Source: Longimicrobiales bacterium
GTDB lineage: Bacteria; Gemmatimonadota; Gemmatimonadetes; Longimicrobiales; Gaopeijiaceae
Assembly: GCA_965218295.1 (NCBI GenBank)
Contig: CBDCKN010000009.1
Span: forward strand, 224,001-288,000
Length of the DNA stretch: 64,000 nt
Direction: 5' to 3'
Within the stretch, counting starts at the first letter, position 1. Each line of letters starts with the position of its first letter. A model generated the notes under the pieces. It had not been told where the DNA came from. It made no database searches and saw only the letters and a program-made list of their open reading frames with translations. Made by a program: the position numbers and the translations under genes. Shown here one piece after another: positions 32,415 to 42,508 of this stretch.

Positions 32415-33062
32415 ATGAATGGCCCATTCAGCCTGCCGGAGGGAACCACGTGGCATGACCTCCGCACACCGTCCGTCGCTTCGCTCGTGCTCGCGAACCT
32501 CATTCCGCTGGCGGGCACGCTGTTCTTCGGGTGGAGTAGCGGAGTCATCCTGGTCTTGTACTGGTTCGAGACCGCCGTCATCGGCTTCTACTCGATACTG
32601 AAGCTGCCCTTCGCGCAGCGCTGGTACGCTCTCTTGACCGTCCCGTTCTTCATGGTCCATTTCGGGGCCTTCATCGGCATCACCGGATTCGTCGCGCTGG
32701 GCTCCTACCTCTTCATCGATGGCGTCGAGGGGGAAGGGCTGGAGCTTCTGATGCCGATCCGGTTCGAGCTGATAACGTTCATTCCCGCGATCATCGTGAG
32801 TCACGGCGTCTCGTTCGTGACCAACTTCATCGGCAAGAAGGAGTACCTACGGGAAAGTGACGAGGAAGTCCTCATGGCCGCGCCTTACATGCGCGTGTTA
32901 GCGATGTTTGCGCTCATCTTCTTGGGTGCCCTGGCGGTCGGGCTCACCCGGGCGCCAGTCGCATTGATGGGCGTGTTCGTCGCGCTGAAGATCGTCGTGG
33001 ATACGATCGCGCATCTTCGGGAGCACGCGATCACGTCGAGCACCTGGCCATCAAGACGATAG
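32415..33062 (+). CDS. DUF6498-like membrane protein
   Basis: NLIPL, YWFE, HFG, PYMRV. Confidence 0.7.
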   Translation: MNGPFSLPEGTTWHDLRTPSVASLVLANLIPLAGTLFFGWSSGVILVLYWFETAVIGFYSILKLPFAQRWYALLTVPFFMVHFGAFIGITGFVALGSYLFIDGVEGEGLELLMPIRFELITFIPAIIVSHGVSFVTNFIGKKEYLRESDEEVLMAAPYMRVLAMFALIFLGALAVGLTRAPVALMGVFVALKIVVDTIAHLREHAITSSTWPSRR

Positions 33063-33268
33063 TACAGGGCATAGGGGAAGCGCCCCAGAAGGGCTCTTCG
33101 ATGACCCACCGCGATTTCGGGGAACGCCTCAGGCAGCTCCGAGATGAGTTCGATGACTTGCTCCAGCGCCCGAAGGAAGTCGTCGCCCAATCCGGCTCGT
33201 TGCTCATCGTACCATTCCCTGGCCGATGCCACGTCCGAAGCCGCCTCCGTGCGGAAGCGGACCCTCAC
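33023..33268 (-). pseudogene. RelE/ParE-family toxin, 3'-truncated
   Basis: WYDEQRAGLG, RFPYALYY; family-like sequence ends at VIAC where it meets the convergent gene. Confidence 0.75.
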
Positions 33269-33270
33269 AC

Positions 33271-33485
33271 CTAGATCGACCTCTTCAACCGGTCCCGCAC
33301 CTCTCCCAGGGGACATACTTCGGCTCAGGGTCCGCTAGGCGCCTCTCCAATTCTCGGACATGCCACTCTGGAATGGGCACGTCCTCAGGGCTAGCTGCGA
33401 TGGCGTCCCAGGCCTCGCCCAATAGCTCGATACGCTCCTCAGGCGGGAGGCGGAGTATCTCGGTCAGAAGAGCTTGCTTCGTCAT
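33271..33485 (-). CDS. Addiction-module antitoxin (frameshift near the 3' end)
   Basis: LPPEERIELL...WDAI...ELERRL...PWE. Confidence 0.8.
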
Positions 33486-33543
33486 GCCTTTAATCTCACT
33501 CCCCAGTCCCGATCCCAGCAATGGCTAGATGGGTCGAGGTGAG

Positions 33544-33613
33544 GCATAACGGATCTGGGTTTCTGCTGCCGGACCTCGCAGCTTACCCTGTCAACAGCAA
33601 ACCCTTGTTAGGC
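33544..33613 (-). other. Integron attC site
   Basis: Minus strand GCCTAAC-AAGGGTTTGCTGTTGAC...GCAGCAGAAACCC-AGATCC-GTTATGC; paired arms with extra unpaired bases. Confidence 0.75.
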
Positions 33614-34527
33614 TGCTCACGATCGACCGTATCTTCGAGCGTCACGACCTGATCACGAAGAAGCGCCGACGCTCCGGTAAGCCGGGCCATCCCGGTAAGC
33701 CACTCACCCCCATGGACGAGCCCAATGCGGTCTGGACGGTCGACTTCAAAGGCCAGTTCAAGATGCTCAACGGCCGCTACTGCTATCCCCTTACCATCCA
33801 GGACGGTTTCAGCCGATTCCTGCTCGAGTGCAGAGGGCTGTACTCCACGTCGATCGAGCTCGCCAAGCCCGTATTCATCAAGGTCTTCCGTGAGTTCGGC
33901 GTTCCCGCCGTCATCCGCTCCGACAACGGCACGCCCTTCGCTTCCATCGGCCTCGCTCGGCTCACACGCCTCAGCGCTTGGTGGATCCGGCTCGGCATCC
34001 GTCCTGAGACCATCGAGCCTGGTAAGCCGCAGCAGAATGGCCGTCACGAACGCATGCACCGAACCCTCAAGCGCGAAGCCACTCGGCCGCCGAAGGCCAA
34101 CCTCCGTGCCCAGCAGCGTCACTTCAACCACTTCCGCCGCACCTTCAATTCCATCCGGCCGCATGAGGCGCTCGACGATGCGACGCCCGATTCAGTCTAC
34201 CGATCGGCTCTTAGAGCCTACCCCGATGTCCTTCCGCCTATCGAATACCCCGAGCACTTCGAGGTCCGTAAGGTCTCTACGAACGGAGGCATCCGCTGGC
34301 ACTCGCGTTGGATCAACATCAGCTCGGCGCTCGGCAACGAGTTCATCGGGCTCGAACCCATCGGTCCCGCTCTGTGGCAAATCTACTTCGGACCCATTAC
34401 CCTCGGGTGGTTTGACGAAGAACTCTTCGTCATTTTCGACACCCACGGCAACACAGGACGTAACCCAATCTGTTAACCATCAGCTGGCACCATTGTGTCA
34501 ACCATCAGGTGCGCTGTTCATGCTCAC
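33614..34527 (+). mobile_element. 5'-truncated IS481-family element (transposase core 33712..34476)
   Basis: WTVDFKG, SDNG, PQQNGRHERMH; right-end repeats TGTYAACCATCAGSTG; TGCTCAC on both flanks. Confidence 0.8.
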
Positions 34528-34531
34528 CCAC

Positions 34532-34930
34532 CTACTCGCCGATATCCATGCCCAGAATGAAGGCTATGCCAAACGCGACCAATTGAACCCTCAGTAGCGG
34601 GAGATACCAAATCAGCGGAGCGACAGCGTATAAGAACCACTGCTTAACGCCTAGGGCGTGGAGTTTTCTGAACGCATACGCCGAACCAAGCACGACCGCT
34701 CCGAGACCCAGTAGATCTACCAATATCCAGGTAGCTGTACTCCCCTCCAGGCCTTTCAACAGGCTAAGGAAGAGCGGATACGGCCAGAAAAATGCTGACA
34801 TCTGCGCCACGTCAGCCGGCTCGCCGAGTACAGTCCTTAGGGCGGGATGGAGGAAGGGGAGGGAGCAGAATGCGGCATAAAGCGACGCGCTGATTAGAAC
34901 CAAGGTGCGAATCGACGGTGCGGCTATCAT
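34532..34930 (-). CDS. Hypothetical membrane protein (gene cassette)
   Basis: Lower GC and hydrophobic; core site GTTAGAC 17 nt upstream of the ATG. Confidence 0.65.
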   Translation of the reverse strand: MIAAPSIRTLVLISASLYAAFCSLPFLHPALRTVLGEPADVAQMSAFFWPYPLFLSLLKGLEGSTATWILVDLLGLGAVVLGSAYAFRKLHALGVKQWFLYAVAPLIWYLPLLRVQLVAFGIAFILGMDIGE

Positions 34931-35990
34931 CCGAAGTCCATTGGGCTGTCTAACTAATAACTGTACCGCGAATCCTCTGGAGCTTCTGAATCGGATCCGC
35001 TGCGTGAATGGCAACGTAGGCGAGACCGGGAGGGCCGGATAGCCCCGGGGCAGCCCCCGCTTGTGGCTCCTATGCCTTCGGATTTGGGCTGCGCTGGGGA
35101 CGTGCTGGTTGCGTCGGAAGGCGGTTGGTGGGTGGCAGCCCAGTCCCGGTCCTCGGGTCGATCAAGTGGGCTGCTGAGTCCGGGACCCGTGATTGCGCCA
35201 AGTGCCGGGAGTGGAAGGCGGCGCACGGCCAAGCCGGAGCACGCACGACCTGTGTCATACGTATGGTCCGGCTCAAAACCTACGTATGTTGCCTGCCCCT
35301 CACGTCATCGCGACCCGTCAAAGGGCTTTTGTTTTTGCCTATCCTTAAGCAGCGAAGACCTCCAAAGAACTTCTGATCGCTTCAGGCGTTCCCTCCATGC
35401 ACAGTCTGCCGCTCTCCACCGCCTGTTCGACCGAGAGGAACCGCCCGGTGGCGCGTCCGCTCGTTTCCCCGGGCGCTTCACCACCACGGTGTCCCTCGGC
35501 GATCCGTCGGGCACCACCGACCCCATGCCACCCACAGTCGTGACGTTCGGCCTCTCGCCTTCATACGGCATCCGCACTGCTCGTGAAGCGCTCGCCCATA
35601 TCGCGTTCTCTGACATACGCGACCTGTCCAGCCCCGGTCTTGACCATCGTAAGCTCATCCTGAGTCATGGTTCAGGGCTCTCCTTCAGAAGTGGCCTCGG
35701 GAACGAACGGCGCCACTGGCCCACTGGTTGTGAGCTTCACATTCGGAGCTTACGATAGCGGACGACCCCCAAGCTGTACACGGGAGTCAGTCGCACCGCG
35801 TCGAGGTTCAGCGGATGAGCTTCTCGAGCTCCTTCAGCCGGTAGGAACCGGCCTTTGATGTTAAACATGGCAGTGCTGGAGCAGCCGTAGAGGAGGGCCG
35901 TGGTCCTGACTTCGTCTCGTGCTTTCACGAGCGCTGTCAGGCCGGCGAGCCCCTTGCGACGTGACGGTACTCGCAAGAAAGGAAGATACG

Positions 35991-37610
35991 ATGAAGCGCA
36001 CGATCAAGAGATTCGCGTTGGGCCTGGCGCTGGCGATCGGAGCGGGGTGGGTCGCCTGTGGTGGCCCGTCGGCTGATGCTGCCGACTGCGAGGCGCTCTT
36101 CCCGCCAAGACCTTTACCTGGTCATCCTCCGCTGCCGACGGCGGACTTCACGACCATTCAGGATGCGCCGACGCAGGTGACGGAAGCCCGGGTGGTGGAT
36201 GCCACCGGCGATGTGCCCGCCCATTGCCGTGTGGAGGGCTATGTCTCGCCCAATGTCGAGTTCGTGTTACGAATGCCGAGGAGCTCCGACTGGAACGGCA
36301 ACTTTCTGGAGGCGAGCCCTGGCGGCTATGGCGGCTCGACGGAGGCGCGGGCCCCCTGGTGCCTTGAGGGATTGCGGAGAGGCTATGCCTGCATCACGCA
36401 CGATACGGGCCATACCGGCATAAGCTCCAGGGCCTCGTGGGCCTACAACAATCTCCAGGCGGAGTTTGATTACGGCATCCGCGGCCACCATGTCGTCGCC
36501 CTGGCGGGCAAGGCCATCATAGAACACTACTACGGCAGGGCGCCAGAGTTCTCCTATCATATCGGCTCCTCCGGTGGCGGCAAGCAGGGGATGGTCGAAG
36601 CGCAGCGATTTCCATGGAACTTCGACGGCATTCTCGCCATAGTGCCCTCCAACGTGACGTCCACGGGCGTCATGATCCTTTGGAACGCCCTGGCGACTCA
36701 TGACGAGGACGGCAATCCGCTTTTCACGCCCGCCGATCTGGACGTGCTTCACGAGGGAGCCCTCGCCGCATGCGATGCGGACGATGGCCTCGAGGATGGG
36801 ATCATCGGTGGCGATCCCCGGACCTGTGAATTCGATCCTGCCGCACTGACCTGCGAGCCGGGTCAGAGATCGGGCTGTCTGTCGCCGGTCCAGGTGGAGG
36901 GGGCCAGGAAAGTCTACGAGGGGCCGGTGACGTCGAAAGGCGAGAAGCTCAGCAAATACTTCCCCTTTTACCCCGCTCTGCCCGGCTCGGAGAAGGGTAC
37001 CTACTTTTCCATGGATCGCGAGTATAAGACCAATTACTGGCAGTACATGGGTTTCAATCCGGATCCGGGGCCGAGCTGGAAGGCGACCGATTTTGATTTC
37101 GACCACGATTACAAGCGCACCGGGATGATGGACGCGATTGTGATGGGCTACAGCAATCCCGATCTGCGTAACTTCAAGGCTGCGGGTGGCAAGCTGATGA
37201 TCATCCAGGGCTGGGAAGACTCCGGCGCGAACGGGCCGCGAGTCAGCGTCGACTACTATGAGATGGCGGAAAGAATCATAGGCGGGCGGGCCAGCACCCA
37301 GGAATTTTATCGCCTCTTCATGATTCCGGGGGGCGCGCATGGCAATAGTGGCGATGGCGCGGCCAGCGGCGACTTTCTCAGTTATCTCGAAGCCTGGGTC
37401 GAAGAGGGTCAGGCGCCCGATATGATTATCGGCTACCATACCGAAGATTGGGCCAAAGATACGACTGGGTTGTTGAGAGGGCTGAGGAACCCCGACAGGT
37501 ACGAATTCACTCGGGCCCATTATCCATATCCGCTGCAAGCGAGATACAAAGGCAGCGGCAATCCTAACGACTACCGGAGCTTCGAGCCTGTCGAACCAAG
37601 GCGTCGCTGA
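35991..37610 (+). CDS. Tannase/feruloyl esterase-family hydrolase, copy 1
   Basis: DTGH, GSSGGG, AQRFPWNFDGI, CDADDG, YRLFMIPG..H. Confidence 0.88.
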   Translation: MKRTIKRFALGLALAIGAGWVACGGPSADAADCEALFPPRPLPGHPPLPTADFTTIQDAPTQVTEARVVDATGDVPAHCRVEGYVSPNVEFVLRMPRSSDWNGNFLEASPGGYGGSTEARAPWCLEGLRRGYACITHDTGHTGISSRASWAYNNLQAEFDYGIRGHHVVALAGKAIIEHYYGRAPEFSYHIGSSGGGKQGMVEAQRFPWNFDGILAIVPSNVTSTGVMILWNALATHDEDGNPLFTPADLDVLHEGALAACDADDGLEDGIIGGDPRTCEFDPAALTCEPGQRSGCLSPVQVEGARKVYEGPVTSKGEKLSKYFPFYPALPGSEKGTYFSMDREYKTNYWQYMGFNPDPGPSWKATDFDFDHDYKRTGMMDAIVMGYSNPDLRNFKAAGGKLMIIQGWEDSGANGPRVSVDYYEMAERIIGGRASTQEFYRLFMIPGGAHGNSGDGAASGDFLSYLEAWVEEGQAPDMIIGYHTEDWAKDTTGLLRGLRNPDRYEFTRAHYPYPLQARYKGSGNPNDYRSFEPVEPRRR

Positions 37611-37636
37611 GGTCAAAGAAAAGAAAGGAAGATACG

Positions 37637-39307
37637 ATGAAGCGCACGATCAACAGATTCGCGGTGTGCCTAGCGCTGGCGATGGGAGCGGTGTGGGTCG
37701 GGGCAGGCAGCCCGAGCGCCGGTGCGATCCTGGCCGCTGAGACAGATCTCAGCGAGGCGGCCCGGCCCGGTGGGCCGTCGGCTGCTGTCGCCGACTGCGA
37801 GGCGCTCTTGCCGACAAGCACTTTACCTGGTCGTCCTACGCTGCCGACGCCGGACTTCACGACCATTCAAGATGCGCCGACGCAGGTGACGGAAGCCCGG
37901 GTGGTGAATGCCGCCGGCGATGTGCCCGCCCATTGTCGTGTGGAGGGCTATGTCTCACCCAATGTCGAATTCGTGTTACGACTGCCGAGGAGCTCCGACT
38001 GGAACGGCAACTTTCTGGAGGCGAGCCTTGGCGGCTATGGCGGCTCGACGGAGGCGCAGGCCCCCTGGTGCGATGAGGCATTGCGGAGAGGCTCTGCCTG
38101 TATCTCGCACGATACGGGGCATACGGGCCTAGGATCCAGGGCCTCGTGGGCCTACAACAATCTCCAGGCGGAGTTTGATTACGGCATCCGCGGTCACCAT
38201 GTCGCCGCCCTGGCGGGCAAGGCCATCACAGAACACTACTACGGCAGGGCGCCAGAGTTCTCCTATCATGTCGGCTGTTCCGGCGGCGGCAAGCAGGGGA
38301 TGGTCGAAGCGCAGCGATTTCCGTGGAACTTCGACGGCATTCTTGCCCTGGAGCCCTCCACCGTGACGGCCTCGGGCATCCTGCTCCTGTGGAACTCCCT
38401 GGCGACTCATGACGAGGACGGCTTTCCACTTTTCACGCCCGCGGATCTGAACGTGCTTCACGCGGGAGCCATCGCCGCATGCGATGCGGACGATGGCCTC
38501 GAGGATGGGATCATCGGTGGCGATCCCCGGACCTGTGAATTCGATCCTGCTGAACTGACCTGCGAGCGGGGTCAGAGATCGGGCTGTCTGTCGCCGGTCC
38601 AGGTGGAGGCAGCCAGGAAAGTCTACAGCGGGCCGGTGACGTCGGAAGGCGAGAGGCTCAGCAGATACTTCCCCTGGTACCCCGCCACGCCCGGCTCGGA
38701 GCTGGGCAACTACTTTTCCATGGATCGCGAGTATAAGACCAGTTACTGGCAGTACATGGGTTTCAATCCGGATCCGGGGCCGAGCTGGCATTCGAGCGAT
38801 TTTGATTTCGACCACGATTACAAGCGCACCGGGATGATGGACGCGATTGTGAGTGGCTACAGCAATCCCGATCTGCGTAACTTGAAGGCTGCGGGTGGCA
38901 AGCTGATGGTCATCCAGGGCTGGGACGACGACGGTCTTCCCGGGCCGCAAGTCAGCGTCGACTACTATGAGATGGCGGAAAAAATCATAGGCGGGCGGGC
39001 CAGCACCCAGGAATTTTATCGCCTCTTCATGATTCCGGGGCGGTCGCATTGCCGTGGTGGCGTTGGTGCGTCTAACGGCGACTTTCTCAGCTATCTAGAA
39101 GCCTGGGTCGAAGAGGGTCAGGCGCCCGATATGATGATAGGCTATCATGCCGACGGAAAGACTCGGTTTGAAGCGAATTCATCGGTACCCGACAGGTACG
39201 AATTCACTCGGCCTCATTATCCATATCCGCTACAGGCGAGATACAAAGGCAGCGGCGATCCTAACGACTACCGGAATTTCGAGCCTGTCGAACCAAGGCG
39301 TCGCTGA
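37637..39307 (+). CDS. Tannase/feruloyl esterase-family hydrolase, copy 2
   Basis: Canonical GCSGGG and SHCRGG (CS-D-HC motif). Confidence 0.9.
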   Translation: MKRTINRFAVCLALAMGAVWVGAGSPSAGAILAAETDLSEAARPGGPSAAVADCEALLPTSTLPGRPTLPTPDFTTIQDAPTQVTEARVVNAAGDVPAHCRVEGYVSPNVEFVLRLPRSSDWNGNFLEASLGGYGGSTEAQAPWCDEALRRGSACISHDTGHTGLGSRASWAYNNLQAEFDYGIRGHHVAALAGKAITEHYYGRAPEFSYHVGCSGGGKQGMVEAQRFPWNFDGILALEPSTVTASGILLLWNSLATHDEDGFPLFTPADLNVLHAGAIAACDADDGLEDGIIGGDPRTCEFDPAELTCERGQRSGCLSPVQVEAARKVYSGPVTSEGERLSRYFPWYPATPGSELGNYFSMDREYKTSYWQYMGFNPDPGPSWHSSDFDFDHDYKRTGMMDAIVSGYSNPDLRNLKAAGGKLMVIQGWDDDGLPGPQVSVDYYEMAEKIIGGRASTQEFYRLFMIPGRSHCRGGVGASNGDFLSYLEAWVEEGQAPDMMIGYHADGKTRFEANSSVPDRYEFTRPHYPYPLQARYKGSGDPNDYRNFEPVEPRRR

Positions 39308-39445
39308 GGTCGTACGTTCCGCCGTAAAAGCCCCGGGTCCCACGAGATCCGCTACCAGGTTGGCATCTGGGAGCGCGAGTAGACGTGCGCTTGTTCAGCA
39401 TCAACGGGGTCGATCCCTCGAGGGCGGTGTTAGATCCGGGCGCCA

Positions 39446-40276
39446 GTGTCGAGTATGACAGCTCACACTCCGAATCGGGCCGCAACCGCCGCTGTGCAAC
39501 GGACTCGGGCCGCGTCGGTAGGGTGCTTCGTCGCCGCGCTGCTGCTCCCGGTCCCCCCGATGGGGACAGCTGCGCAGGGCATCCCGACGGCGGAGATCAC
39601 GAGTCGATTCCAGGTCGGCTTCTTCGGAGGGTACCTGTCGCACAGCCTGTTGGGCGAGGTAACCGGAACGCTCACGACCGCCACGGGCGATCTGAGCGTG
39701 TCGACGGACGTGGAAGCCGAAGCGACGAACGTGATCGGCGGGCTCATCGGATGGCGCCTCTCCAACGCAGCCGCAGTAAGGGTACGCGCGGCCAGGAGTG
39801 GAACGCACATCAGGCTGATCGTTCTGGCTACTCCGATGGGAGGATTCGGCGCGCAGCGGTTCACCTTCGGTGACCTCGGCGACGTCGAGACCTGGCTCGC
39901 GGACGCCGAGCTGTTGTGGGAGCCCATCAGCAGCGAGACCAATGCCACCCCGTACGTGGTCGCCGGGGTTGGCGTCTCTCACTGGGACATCACCGGACTG
40001 GAGGACCTCGGCTCGCTACCGCCGCTGCTCGAGACTCCCGTCAACCTGAGCCCGGTGAACGTGACGCTCCCCGCAGTGACCCTGGCCGTAGGCGTCTCGT
40101 ACTCGCCGACTGACGCCTTCACGGTCGCGCTCGAGCTGTCCGATCACATCAGTGGCAACCCACTGGCGGATGATGACTTCAGGCTCGGTACGTCCTTCAC
40201 CGGCTTCGGAAGGGTGAAGGACCTGGTCCACAGCGTGTCGCTATCTGTAGGGCTCCACGCAGACCTCGGCGGATAG
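39446..40276 (+). CDS. Outer-membrane beta-barrel-like protein
   Basis: Signal peptide; PYVVAGVG; alternating strands. Confidence 0.6.
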   Translation: MSSMTAHTPNRAATAAVQRTRAASVGCFVAALLLPVPPMGTAAQGIPTAEITSRFQVGFFGGYLSHSLLGEVTGTLTTATGDLSVSTDVEAEATNVIGGLIGWRLSNAAAVRVRAARSGTHIRLIVLATPMGGFGAQRFTFGDLGDVETWLADAELLWEPISSETNATPYVVAGVGVSHWDITGLEDLGSLPPLLETPVNLSPVNVTLPAVTLAVGVSYSPTDAFTVALELSDHISGNPLADDDFRLGTSFTGFGRVKDLVHSVSLSVGLHADLGG

Positions 40277-40280
40277 GTCG

Positions 40281-41645
40281 TTGTCAGGCTCTCACACCAA
40301 TATTAACCGGCTCCGACCCTTCGCGGCCGCGCGGCCGGCATTCCAGAGTGGCCAAGATACGCCACGAGCTTTCCTGGAACGCTGCCTCGAGGCCATCGAC
40401 GAGCGTAATGAAGAGATCAAGGCCTTTGCTACGTTGAATGTCGACGCGGCCCGGGGCGCGGCCGATGCCTCGACGCGCCGCTACGGCGAGAACCGGCCTT
40501 TATCCCTGATCGATGGTTGTCCGGTCGGCGTGAAGGACATTATGGACACGTTCGACATGCCGACGGAGATGAACTCGGCCGTGCGCAGGGGCCACCGGCC
40601 CAAGGGCGACGCCGCTTGCGTTCGTGCGCTGCGCCACGGGGGCGCCATCATTCTCGGTAAGACCGTGACGACCGAGTTCGCCTGCGGCATATCGGGTCCA
40701 ACGAGCAATCCCTACGACAGGGCGCGGACGCCCGGGGGCTCGTCGAGCGGGTCGGGTGCGGCCGTGGGCTCGGGCATGCTGCCGGTCGCCCTGGGAACGC
40801 AAACCGCGGGGTCGGTGATCCGCCCCGCCTCCTATTGCGGGACCTATGGCGTCAAACCCTCCTTCGGCGCGACGAACCTGGGCGGCGTGCATCCGGTTTC
40901 CGGCACCCGCGATCACCTGGGCGTCCTCGGCGCGAGCCTCGAGGATACCTGGCGCACGGCCCATCACATGTCCACGGTGGCCGGCAGTGCGGCCGGCTAC
41001 CGGTGCATGCCCGGCGGCCCGGAATTGCCGGCCGCAAAGAGGCCGCGCCGCCTCGCCCGCCTTCACCTGAGCGGCTGGGCGGAGACCGACGCGAACAGCC
41101 GGGCCGCCTTCGACGAGATGGTCTCGCGCCTTCGCGATGAAGGCGTCGACGTCCCGGGGCCTGAGGACGACCCGGACCTCGCGGCGCTCGACGCGGCGGC
41201 CGTCGAAGTCGAGGCGCCGGGCCATGACATCATGTGCTACGAGATGCGCTGGCCCTACCTCGCCTACAAGGACGCGGGGCACGGGCTGAGCCAAACCATT
41301 CTCGACTATCTCGACCACGGCGAGGAGGTGACGCCCGGCATGTATGAGCGCGCGTTGGGGCGGCGGCGACAGGCGCGGGACCGCGTGATGGCCTCTGGCG
41401 ACTCCGTGGACGCATGCATCACGCTGTCTTCCTCCGGACCGGCTCCGCTGGACCGCGCCTACACCGGCAGCCGCGCCTTTCAGACCGCGTGGACCGTGAT
41501 CGGATTTCCTACGCTCGGCTTGCCGCTTCTCGTCGTCGACGGACTGCCGCTCGGGGTCCAGGTCATGGGTTTCGAGGGACGCGACCATGAGCTCGTCGCG
41601 ATCGCGCGCTGGATCGACGACCTGTTTTCGAGCGCGGACCGCTAG
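40281..41645 (+). CDS. Amidase-signature family protein
   Basis: VKD, GKTVTTEF, GGSSSGS, GTQTAGSVIRPA. Confidence 0.9.
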   Translation: MSGSHTNINRLRPFAAARPAFQSGQDTPRAFLERCLEAIDERNEEIKAFATLNVDAARGAADASTRRYGENRPLSLIDGCPVGVKDIMDTFDMPTEMNSAVRRGHRPKGDAACVRALRHGGAIILGKTVTTEFACGISGPTSNPYDRARTPGGSSSGSGAAVGSGMLPVALGTQTAGSVIRPASYCGTYGVKPSFGATNLGGVHPVSGTRDHLGVLGASLEDTWRTAHHMSTVAGSAAGYRCMPGGPELPAAKRPRRLARLHLSGWAETDANSRAAFDEMVSRLRDEGVDVPGPEDDPDLAALDAAAVEVEAPGHDIMCYEMRWPYLAYKDAGHGLSQTILDYLDHGEEVTPGMYERALGRRRQARDRVMASGDSVDACITLSSSGPAPLDRAYTGSRAFQTAWTVIGFPTLGLPLLVVDGLPLGVQVMGFEGRDHELVAIARWIDDLFSSADR

Positions 41646-41654
41646 GGCGCGTGC

Positions 41655-42443
41655 TCAGCGGCCTCCGAAAACAGGCTTGCGTTTTTCCATGAAGGCCCGG
41701 CGGCCCTCGATGTAGTCCTCGCTGTCGAAGCACGCCTTCGCGACCTGCCGGCACATCTCGCGGTCGCGGTCCTCGGGGTCCTTCATGATTTCGCCGATGA
41801 TACGTTTCATCGCGGTGACCGTGAGAGGGGCGTTGGCGGCGATCGTTTCCGCCATCTCCGTCACGACGCGCTCGAGGTCCTCCTCCGGCACGACCTTGTT
41901 GGCGAGCCCCATGGCGGCGGCGTGCGGGGCATCGAAGTGGCCCCCCGTGAAGACGATTTCCTTGGCGAAGGCGGGCCCGACGACCTGCACGAGCCTGCGC
42001 AACCCCTCATAGGAGTAGCCGAGCCCGAGGCGCGCCGCCGGCAGGCCGAACTGCGATTTTTCACTGCATATGCGCAAATCGCACGAGACGGCGAGGCCTA
42101 AGCCACCGCCGAGGCAATAGCCGTCGATCATCGCGATCGTGGGCTTGTGCGCGTGCTCGAGCCGGCGGAAGACCTCCGCCGTCACCGAGTTGTAGTGCTC
42201 GACTCCCTCTTTGGTCGCGCGTTCGCTTTCGAACTTCGAGATATCCGCCCCCGAGACGAAGGCTTTGCCGCCGCTGCCCGCGATCACAATGACGCGAATG
42301 CCATCGTCGTCGGCGAAGTCGGCGAGGATCGCTTCCGCGGCCTCCCACATTTCCAGCGAGACCGCGTTGTGTCGCTCCGGATTGTTGAAGGTCATCCGAC
42401 CGGTGGCACCGGTTGTGTGTTTCAGCATCTTGTCGGTGGTCAT
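41655..42443 (-). CDS. Enoyl-CoA hydratase/isomerase
   Basis: FVSGADI, GGG, EGRRAFMEKRKP. Confidence 0.9.
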   Translation of the reverse strand: MTTDKMLKHTTGATGRMTFNNPERHNAVSLEMWEAAEAILADFADDDGIRVIVIAGSGGKAFVSGADISKFESERATKEGVEHYNSVTAEVFRRLEHAHKPTIAMIDGYCLGGGLGLAVSCDLRICSEKSQFGLPAARLGLGYSYEGLRRLVQVVGPAFAKEIVFTGGHFDAPHAAAMGLANKVVPEEDLERVVTEMAETIAANAPLTVTAMKRIIGEIMKDPEDRDREMCRQVAKACFDSEDYIEGRRAFMEKRKPVFGGR

Positions 42444-42508
42444 GGTTTTTTCCCGTGGCCCTCTGCAAAAGTATCGTCCCGCTCGGGCGGGATGAGCCGT
42501 CTCGCCTC

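Noticed and set aside
35150..35240. GPGLSSPLDR as an IntI C-terminal remnant
   Set aside because: No upstream YTHV or other tyrosine-recombinase motif in any frame I could read; probably chance
35063..35976. Coding genes between the cassette and the tannase pair
   Set aside because: ORFs lack recognisable motifs; probably degraded sequence
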